From assembly GCA_964597265.1 (NCBI GenBank), contig CAZQWJ010000001.1, positions 1 to 60,936 on the forward strand: a stretch of DNA of 60,936 nucleotides. Reading direction: 5' to 3'. The notes beneath the pieces were generated by a model that was not told the DNA's origin, ran no database searches, and worked only from the letters and a program-made list of their open reading frames with translations. This stretch comes from an uncultured Candidatus Saccharibacteria bacterium (GTDB taxonomy: Bacteria; Patescibacteriota; 4484-211; JAGQKX01). Of this stretch, positions 54,627 to 60,936 are shown one piece after another; position 1 is the stretch's first letter; the number at the start of each line of letters is the position of its first letter. The position numbers and the translations under genes were made by a program.

Positions 54627-56897
54627 TTACAACACAGTATGGTGTGGCCATTGGGCGGTGATGAGCAAAGAGGGTGCAGTGTCTGACACGATGCCTTCTT
54701 CCCGAAAGCCCTGATAGATTTTCTCCGTAACAAACGGCATGAATGGATGCAGGAGCTTGAGTGATTCAATATACACATGAAGCAACACACTGAGTGCAAC
54801 ATCGCTATCTGCACGGTCTTTTGTTGATTCAATGTACGTGTCTGCAACATCGTGCCACATGAATTGGTAGATAGTATCAGCAGCATCAGCAAAGCGATAT
54901 TTCTCCAATGCTGTGTTTACTGTGGTAATGGTCTGGTTCAGTTTGTCCAGCAGGAGAGTGTCTTCTTCCGTGAGTGTGAGTTTGTGGATGTCCTGCGGTT
55001 TCACCTCTGCATGTTGGATTCTTCCCACTATAAAGCGCCCCATATTCCATATTTTGGTAATAAACTTCTTGTACCCAACAATCTTGTCATGTGGGAAGTT
55101 GAAATCTTTGCCATTTGCCGTACCGCTGATTAAACCCATACGAAGGGCATCTACGCCGTATTCCTCCATGTAATCCTCAGGATTAATGACATTACCCAGG
55201 CTTTTGCTCATCTTTCGCCCGTCAATTGCTTTGACCAACCCATGTAGATACACATCAGAAAACGGCGGTTTGCCAGTCAAGTAGACCCCAAACATCACCA
55301 TGCGAGATACCCATCGGGTAACAATCTCCCAACCAGTCTCGAGCACACTCGTCGGATAGAAATACGTAAAGTCTTCAGAATCAGGATACCCTAGGGTAAT
55401 CAGTGGCCACTGCCCAGACGAAAACCACGTGTCAAATGTGTCTGTTTCTTGTAAAAACCGATCTCCGGGCTTTTCTTTACTAATCACGTAAGTAGCATTA
55501 TTAGGAGCTATCAGCGATTGTAGTCCGGTTGCAATATCCTCAATTGAGTATGTGAGTAATGCTTCGGCTACGGCAGTAGTTACTGTTTGTTTGTCAGGTG
55601 TCAAAAACGTAACCACCAGTGTTGGGTTTTCGTCTACATCGTACCATGCAGGAATACGGATACCCCATACCACTTGTCTTGAGATGGCCCAGTCGTGCAT
55701 ATTCTCCATCCACCGTATATAAGTAATTTCTCGCCATTTTGGGTAAATTGTTACCTCGCCCGACTTGACCGCTTCAAGCGCCGGTTCTTTCAGCCCTTTG
55801 ACGTTCACAAACCAGTTCGGGATTACTAACTGCTCAATATAATCACCACTTCTGTAATCTACTGGTACCAAGTGCTCGTACTCAGCATCGATTTTCTCTA
55901 TCAAACCTTCCTCCTGGAGATAGGCGACTACTTTTTCCCGTGCTTCTTTGATTGCTAAGCCTGCAACAAAACCGCCATTTTCATTGAGAGTGCCATCAAG
56001 CGAGATGAGGTTGACAACATCCAAGTTGTGCTGTCGCGCCACTTCGTAGTCGTTTTTGTCATGTGCGGGAGTAATTTTGACGATACCAGAGCCAAAGACA
56101 GGATCTACAAACGAGTCTGCAATAATAGCCATTGGCCGTTTGGTTAGAGGATTTTCAATCTTTCGCCCCACCAAAAAACGCTTGCTCTCATCATCTGGAT
56201 TAACAGCAGCGTGGGTGTCTACAAAGATTGTTTCCGGTCGAACCGTCGCAACGGCAACATATTCAGGCTCATCTGCTTTCCTGTCAAGCAAACGATAGCG
56301 GATGTAATAGAGTGGGTCGATTTGCTTCTTATACACCACCTCGGCATCGCTAAATGTGGTACCCCAGCGGAATGAGTAATTCACCAGATAATCCGCACGA
56401 TACACTTTGCCATCCTCGACCATTGTGGTAAACGTGTTGATAACGGTATCAATAGATTTTTGATCAAGGGTAAATACGTACCGACTCCAGTCCACACTGG
56501 CGCCCATGATGCGCATTTGGTCTTCGATGAGGTGCTTGTTCTCCATAACAAACTCCATGATCTTGTCGTAAAGTGTTTGGCGGTCAAAGTCGAAGCGAGA
56601 TTTGCCTTTCTCTTTGAGTTTTCGCTCAAATGTGGTTTGCGTTTCAAATCCTGCATGGTCTGTGCCCGGTATCCATAGTGCGGCATAACCCTGCATCCGT
56701 TTCCATCGGATCAAAAGGTCTTCGATCGCAATCATCAAAACATTGCCGGTGTGCATTTTGCCTGAGGCATTTGGCGGTGGGAGAATAATGGTATAGGGTT
56801 TTTTGGTAGGATCGCGCTCAGGGGTGAACGCACCGGACTCTTCCCAGAGCATATACATTTCTTTTTCGTATTGGTGAAAGTCAGGTCTTTTTTCCAA
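54627..56897 (-). CDS. valS: valine--tRNA ligase (short form)
   Basis: 'ILPPPNASGKMHTGN' (HIGH-type), 'WIPGTDHAGFETQ' and 'GRKMSKSLGNVI' (KMSKS). TTG start. 756 aa. Confidence 0.9.
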   Translation of the reverse strand: MEKRPDFHQYEKEMYMLWEESGAFTPERDPTKKPYTIILPPPNASGKMHTGNVLMIAIEDLLIRWKRMQGYAALWIPGTDHAGFETQTTFERKLKEKGKSRFDFDRQTLYDKIMEFVMENKHLIEDQMRIMGASVDWSRYVFTLDQKSIDTVINTFTTMVEDGKVYRADYLVNYSFRWGTTFSDAEVVYKKQIDPLYYIRYRLLDRKADEPEYVAVATVRPETIFVDTHAAVNPDDESKRFLVGRKIENPLTKRPMAIIADSFVDPVFGSGIVKITPAHDKNDYEVARQHNLDVVNLISLDGTLNENGGFVAGLAIKEAREKVVAYLQEEGLIEKIDAEYEHLVPVDYRSGDYIEQLVIPNWFVNVKGLKEPALEAVKSGEVTIYPKWREITYIRWMENMHDWAISRQVVWGIRIPAWYDVDENPTLVVTFLTPDKQTVTTAVAEALLTYSIEDIATGLQSLIAPNNATYVISKEKPGDRFLQETDTFDTWFSSGQWPLITLGYPDSEDFTYFYPTSVLETGWEIVTRWVSRMVMFGVYLTGKPPFSDVYLHGLVKAIDGRKMSKSLGNVINPEDYMEEYGVDALRMGLISGTANGKDFNFPHDKIVGYKKFITKIWNMGRFIVGRIQHAEVKPQDIHKLTLTEEDTLLLDKLNQTITTVNTALEKYRFADAADTIYQFMWHDVADTYIESTKDRADSDVALSVLLHVYIESLKLLHPFMPFVTEKIYQGFREEGIVSDTAPSLLITAQWPHHTVL

Positions 56898-56904
56898 TGA
56901 AACT

Positions 56905-56930
56905 CAGAAAATATGCACGCATATTTTCTG
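56905..56930. promoter_or_regulatory. 26-bp perfect palindrome in the valS/pyrG divergent intergenic region
   Basis: CAGAAAATATGC-AC-GCATATTTTCTG: 12-bp arms with a 2-nt centre. It begins 8 nt upstream of the valS TTG start. Confidence 0.4.
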
Positions 56931-57100
56931 TTAGTTGAATTAATCCCAAATGTTTGATCATCTGGTCTGGCTCGAATTATAGGTAAAAACAACTGATAAC
57001 TCAAGAAAAACAAATATAAGTGCTATTCTGTTGGAACTGCGGTGTATCCTGAGGGGTGCGTTTGCTTGAGAATCGTGTACTATCTATCATATCGCGACAC

Positions 57101-58795
57101 ATGCCAAAAAAGCGACTTGTCAAATACATCTTTGTTACAGGTGGTGTAATTTCCGGCCTCGGGAAAGGAATTAGCACCGCCTCCATTGCCTCTTTGCTCA
57201 AGCATTCCGGCTACACAGTTTCTATCCTCAAAGTAGACATGTATCTTAACCTTGATGCGGGAACCATCAACCCTCTCGAACATGGTGAGGTGTTTGTGAC
57301 AGCAGACGGGTTGGAAACAGATCAAGATATTGGTAATTATGAGCGGTTTCTCAATCAAAATCTCCATCGACATAATTACATGACCATGGGGCAAGTGTAT
57401 TACGACGTGATCTCCCGCGAACGCCGGCTTGAATATGAAGGCGAAGATGTGGAGGGGCATGTCCATGTCCCCAAAGAAATTATTCGTCGTATCAAAGAAA
57501 CTGCAGTCAAAGATCGCGCGGATATTGTCCTTATCGAAGTCGGCGGAACTGTAGGTGAATATCAGAATGTGATGTTTTTTGAGGCGATTCGTCGGCTCAA
57601 ACAATTACAACCAGAGGATGTGTTTTTGGTTCATCTGGTGTACTTACCTAAGCCACGACACTTAGGAGAGCTCAAAAGCAAGCCAGCCCAAACCTCCATC
57701 TACGAATTGTACAAACTGGGTTTGCAGCCACATTTTGTCATTTGCCGTAGCGAACAAATGATCGATGCCAAGAAGAAAAAACTCATCGCGTTTAATGCTG
57801 GTATACCCGAGGAGAGTATTATTGCAGCACCTGATGCAGATACGATTTATCAGATTCCTTCGGTGTTTCGTAAACAAAAATTACACACTAATCTGCTCAG
57901 ACAAATGGACCTTAAGGTCAAAAAGGATACAACGCGACGTTGGGATGACTACTATACCAAGATCTCGAAGCACAAAGCAGAAGTAAAGATCGCCATTGTC
58001 GGCAAATATTTTCACATTGGCACGTCTGTGTTGGAGGATGCATATATTTGTGTGATCGAAGCGATAAAACACGCAGCGTGGCAGCAGGCGGCCAAGCCGG
58101 TGATTCAGTGGTTTGATGTCGAACGGTTTGAGCATTCTGGTGAAAAGGAAGGAATCGCAGAAGAACTCAAGCAATATGACGGCATTATCGTACCACAGGG
58201 GTGGGGATCACGCGGGGTAGAAGGAAAAATCGCTACAGTGCAGCTTGCCCGCACCGAGAAAATCCCCTACTTAGGGTTATGTTTTGGCATGCAAATGGCA
58301 GTGATCGAATATGCCCGCAATGTGGTGGGACTCAAAAACGCCAATTCCCAAGAGGTACAGCCCAAGACTCCCCACCCTGTGATACATCTCATGGAGCACC
58401 AGCAAAAGTATATGGCTGAGAAAAAATATGGCGGCACGATCCGGCTAGGGCAGTGGCCCTGTAAGATAAAGAAAGGTAGCCTCCTGCATGAGGCATATAT
58501 GCAGTATGTTGACTATCCCTCCGAGGTTTTGAAAGCCAGAGGCCCCGGTTTGGTTCACGAACGTCATCGACATCGATATGAGGTAAACAACAAGTATCGG
58601 AGTCGGCTAGAAAAAGCAGGGTTGCTATTCAGCGGTGTATCGCCGGATGGCAAGTTGGTAGAGGCATTGGAATTGGACAAGAACGAACATCCATTTTTCG
58701 TCGGCACACAATTTCATCCCGAGTACCAAACCAGACCAACCGTGCCTCACCCGCTGTTTATGGCGTTTGTGCGGGCAGCGCAGGATAGAAATTAA
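57101..58795 (+). CDS. pyrG: CTP synthase
   Basis: 'KYIFVTGGVISGLGKGISTASIASLL' and 'YLGLCFGMQMAVIEYARN' (GATase Cys), plus 'HRHRYEVN'. The ATG is at 57101. Confidence 0.95.
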   Translation: MPKKRLVKYIFVTGGVISGLGKGISTASIASLLKHSGYTVSILKVDMYLNLDAGTINPLEHGEVFVTADGLETDQDIGNYERFLNQNLHRHNYMTMGQVYYDVISRERRLEYEGEDVEGHVHVPKEIIRRIKETAVKDRADIVLIEVGGTVGEYQNVMFFEAIRRLKQLQPEDVFLVHLVYLPKPRHLGELKSKPAQTSIYELYKLGLQPHFVICRSEQMIDAKKKKLIAFNAGIPEESIIAAPDADTIYQIPSVFRKQKLHTNLLRQMDLKVKKDTTRRWDDYYTKISKHKAEVKIAIVGKYFHIGTSVLEDAYICVIEAIKHAAWQQAAKPVIQWFDVERFEHSGEKEGIAEELKQYDGIIVPQGWGSRGVEGKIATVQLARTEKIPYLGLCFGMQMAVIEYARNVVGLKNANSQEVQPKTPHPVIHLMEHQQKYMAEKKYGGTIRLGQWPCKIKKGSLLHEAYMQYVDYPSEVLKARGPGLVHERHRHRYEVNNKYRSRLEKAGLLFSGVSPDGKLVEALELDKNEHPFFVGTQFHPEYQTRPTVPHPLFMAFVRAAQDRN

Positions 58796-59022
58796 AGTCT
58801 TTTGAGGATTTCTAGATATTCCTCGACCGTGATGCCGAGTGTCCTGAGGTTGCTACGTATGATATACGGTGAAACCTCTTTATCTTCGGGAAAGACTACT
58901 GGACGTTTGAGCCCTATTCTTGAGTAAATGATATGGCTTCCTTTCTTGCGTTTGAACTCGCAACCAACAAACTTGAGAAACTTTTCAAATAGGCTCCTTT
59001 TGATAGGTGTGACGCGTGGCAT
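58792..59022 (-). CDS. hicA: HicA-family toxin (mRNA interferase)
   Basis: 76 aa. 'FLKFVGCEFKRKKGSHIIYSR...RPVVFP...IIRSNLRTLGITVEEY' is the YcfA/HicA pattern. Confidence 0.75.
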   Translation of the reverse strand: MPRVTPIKRSLFEKFLKFVGCEFKRKKGSHIIYSRIGLKRPVVFPEDKEVSPYIIRSNLRTLGITVEEYLEILKRL

Positions 59023-59026
59023 GAAA

Positions 59027-59311
59027 TTATGTAGTTATAGCTATTTGTTTTAATTCATGCGCAATAATCGCCGGGGGTGTCCATTGTTTTTTGACTTTTT
59101 GCCAACCAAGTTCACTAAGTACCTCATCAAGTGTGCCCATTTCAATGAGCTCTTCAAAGAAAATTTCAACGATTTCGATAAATCGCTGCTCTGCCTCTTT
59201 GAACGATTTTCCTGAAGTTGCCAGGTCAAGTACTGGGGTATAAGCAACGATGTGATCGCCTTCGCTCAAAAAAGAAACTGGCACATTGTACGAGAATCTT
59301 ATCTTTCGCAT
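59027..59311 (-). CDS. hicB: HicB-like antitoxin (UPF0150 fold, no obvious DNA-binding extension)
   Basis: 94 aa. 'VSFLSEGDHIVAYTPVLDLATSGKSFKEAEQRFIEIVEIFFEEL' is typical of the HicB N-domain. It lies 4 nt upstream of hicA. Confidence 0.65.
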   Translation of the reverse strand: MRKIRFSYNVPVSFLSEGDHIVAYTPVLDLATSGKSFKEAEQRFIEIVEIFFEELIEMGTLDEVLSELGWQKVKKQWTPPAIIAHELKQIAITT

Positions 59312-59360
59312 AGCAGCATTATAGCAGAAATAGTTTGTTGTTGACGTTTATTCTCGAACT

Positions 59361-60365
59361 TTACACCTTCTTTCTTCTGCTTGTACCGACAGTTCGTGAG
59401 TGGTAGTTGGGATCTGCGACAACTTCTTCGATAGGCATGGGTTGGTTATTGAAATACGCGCAGCATGCGATCATGGCCGCATTGTCTACCGATAGGCTGA
59501 GTGGTGAGATGTATACATCCAGGCTATCTGCAAATGTTTTGACAATTTTCTCGCGCAAATAGGTGTTGGCAGCTACACCGCCGGCAACGATGAGCGATGT
59601 TGGCGCATAGGTCTGTAACGCATATTCTATCTTGCGCAGCAATACGTCTGTTACTGCTTTTTGGAATGATGCAGCAATGTCAGCTTTATCCAGTGCAGCA
59701 TCAGACGCAGCAAGACGTACTGCGTTTTTCAATCCCGAAAAAGACATTTCCAGCGAAACAGTGTCTGTCATCGGCCGAGGAAGCGGGATAGCATCAGGAT
59801 TGCCGTCTTTGGCTAACTTCTCGATCTCCGGCCCACCAGGATAGGGTAACCCCAACAGGCGAGCAACCTTATCAAACGCCTCTCCTATGGCATCGTCCCG
59901 TGTGCCGCCGAGAAACTCGACGTCTCCATGATCGTGTAACAACAAAAACTCGCTATGCCCACCAGAAATAATCAGCCCCAACGCCGGAAATGTCGGTATA
60001 TTCCCTTCAAGCCATGGGGCATACAGATGTGCAACCACGTGATCAATCGGAATCAGCGGCTTGTGCCATGCGGCTGCAAGCGCCTTGGCGGTCTCTACGC
60101 CAACGATTAGAGATCCAATAAGTCCAGGGCCAACCGTAACCGCAATTGCATCAATATCGTTGGGTGTATGTTCATGCATGGCTTTTTCCAATGTTGGAAT
60201 CATGGCGATGATTTGCTGACGTGCGCCAACTTCGGGTACAATGCCGCCGGTCTTAACGTGATCCGGCGCGCTCGTGGCAAGCTCGTGCGCCATAATATGC
60301 GTACCGTTTTCTACGACGGCAACACTTGTTTCATCACAACTGGTTTCGATAGCAAGGATACGCAT
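59361..60365 (-). CDS. tsaD: tRNA N6-adenosine threonylcarbamoyltransferase TsaD
   Basis: 'MRILAIETSCDETSVAVV', 'HVVAHLYAPW', 'LIISGGHSEFLL', and 'VAGGVAAN'. Confidence 0.95.
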   Translation of the reverse strand: MRILAIETSCDETSVAVVENGTHIMAHELATSAPDHVKTGGIVPEVGARQQIIAMIPTLEKAMHEHTPNDIDAIAVTVGPGLIGSLIVGVETAKALAAAWHKPLIPIDHVVAHLYAPWLEGNIPTFPALGLIISGGHSEFLLLHDHGDVEFLGGTRDDAIGEAFDKVARLLGLPYPGGPEIEKLAKDGNPDAIPLPRPMTDTVSLEMSFSGLKNAVRLAASDAALDKADIAASFQKAVTDVLLRKIEYALQTYAPTSLIVAGGVAANTYLREKIVKTFADSLDVYISPLSLSVDNAAMIACCAYFNNQPMPIEEVVADPNYHSRTVGTSRRKKV

Positions 60366-60770
60366 TTAGCCAAACAAGATGATCACTCTAAGCAGTGAAA
60401 ATAGTGCGATGAGGTTAAGAAACATCAATGATGACAGTACTAATTGCGAATAAAACTTGTCTAGCCTCCACAACCACCACGCAAGCAGCAAAACGCCAAT
60501 CAACGCAATACTGCTGTACAGCGGCAAGTGCCAGAGGTCGGACACGGCTACTAATTGGTCTAATCCCCATGGGCGAAGGTAATTGAACGGCACCATTGAT
60601 GGCAAGCGGTCGCGGAACAGCCACCACAGCCACCACATCGCCTGAGTCGCGACAAAGCTGATGCTGAAGTAGGTATAAAAGTAACGAGAGCGAAACATAG
60701 GTGTATTGTAAAGGAGTGATAGGAGTAGGAAAAGTAGTAGGAAGGTTTGCCATCCCAGACCCTGTATCAA
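60366..60770 (-). CDS. hypothetical Trp-rich four-TM membrane protein
   Basis: 134 aa, hydrophobic. Its stop abuts the tsaD start. Confidence 0.45.
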   Translation of the reverse strand: MIQGLGWQTFLLLFLLLSLLYNTPMFRSRYFYTYFSISFVATQAMWWLWWLFRDRLPSMVPFNYLRPWGLDQLVAVSDLWHLPLYSSIALIGVLLLAWWLWRLDKFYSQLVLSSLMFLNLIALFSLLRVIILFG

Positions 60771-60792
60771 GTACAGGACAAGCTTGATCTGC

Positions 60793-60930
60793 CTGCCTGC
60801 GCAGGCAGATACGCAGGGATCCAGCCTGTCTACTGTCTGGATTCCAGGTCAAGTCTGGAATGACGATGCGCCTTACCGCTTACTATCGCCTGTCTCTAGT
60901 CGTGGGAATAATCCCTCCGCTGCCTTGACC
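60793..60930. repeat. cluster of intergenic palindromes/hairpin repeats
   Basis: A 16-nt perfect palindrome, CTGCCTGCGCAGGCAG (60793-60808). ATTCCAG-GTCAAGT-CTGGAAT (60841-60861). ATCCCTCCGCTGC (60911-60923) is the reverse complement of 6819-6831. Confidence 0.4.
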
Positions 60931-60936
60931 TGTGTA

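Noticed and set aside
56931-57100. A T-box or other riboswitch leader for valS, or an attenuator for pyrG
   Set aside because: I could not find the conserved T-box sequence or a specifier/antiterminator arrangement. The region is short and is shared by two divergent promoters.
57080-57604. 174-aa antisense ORF inside pyrG. Similar long antisense ORFs: 53240-53686 in rplY, 42524-43181 in dnaN, 32833-33279 in the hydrolase, and 48926-49360
   Set aside because: Each is opposite a confidently identified gene. None has a recognisable motif, and their composition is typical of antisense frames.
1-60936. CRISPR arrays, rRNA genes, IS elements or transposases
   Set aside because: Reading all the intergenic regions, I saw no regularly spaced 25-40-bp direct repeats, no rRNA-like sequence, and no transposase-like ORF or terminal inverted repeats.

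Overview
This window appears to be the chromosomal origin region of a small-genome, monoderm, Patescibacteria/CPR-like bacterium. The lineage is inferred from gene content only. The genetic code is standard, with TGA used as a stop. Core content: a DnaA-box-rich oriC (43409-43738) sits between divergent dnaA (+) and dnaN-X-recF (-), and dnaA is followed by rpmH-rnpA-yidC-jag. Other housekeeping features are smpB plus tmRNA, two tRNA-Ser genes (one with a duplicated 5' half), valS, pyrG, tsaD, rplY, comFC, thpR, tatD, a DsbA-like oxidoreductase, a hicB-hicA pair, and an envelope-polysaccharide group (O-antigen-ligase-like, Wzz-like, and an epimerase-DUF4012 fusion). The most interesting part is a 28-kb, 20-gene, almost gapless plus-strand supercluster (11479-39576). 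It starts with an FAD oxidoreductase and five GT-C-type polytopic membrane proteins: one divergent member, three tandem GT39/PMT/ArnT-like paralogues and a DUF2298 'YYY' protein. Five nucleotides downstream, a type-IV-secretion-like locus begins. It holds three VirB2/TrbC-like pilin paralogues, a 1405-aa VirB6-like protein, a secreted M23 protein with a degenerate active site, a 1056-aa Cys-rich SLT + 2xM23 hydrolase, a PrgI/VirB3-like protein, a stand-alone VirB4 N-domain-like protein and a full VirB4 ATPase. I recognised no VirD4, relaxase, VirB11, integrase or transposase. If the origin call is right, this whole block is transcribed head-on to replication. I saw no CRISPR array, rRNA or IS element. 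All domain calls rest on motif reading of the supplied translations and have not been checked by database search.
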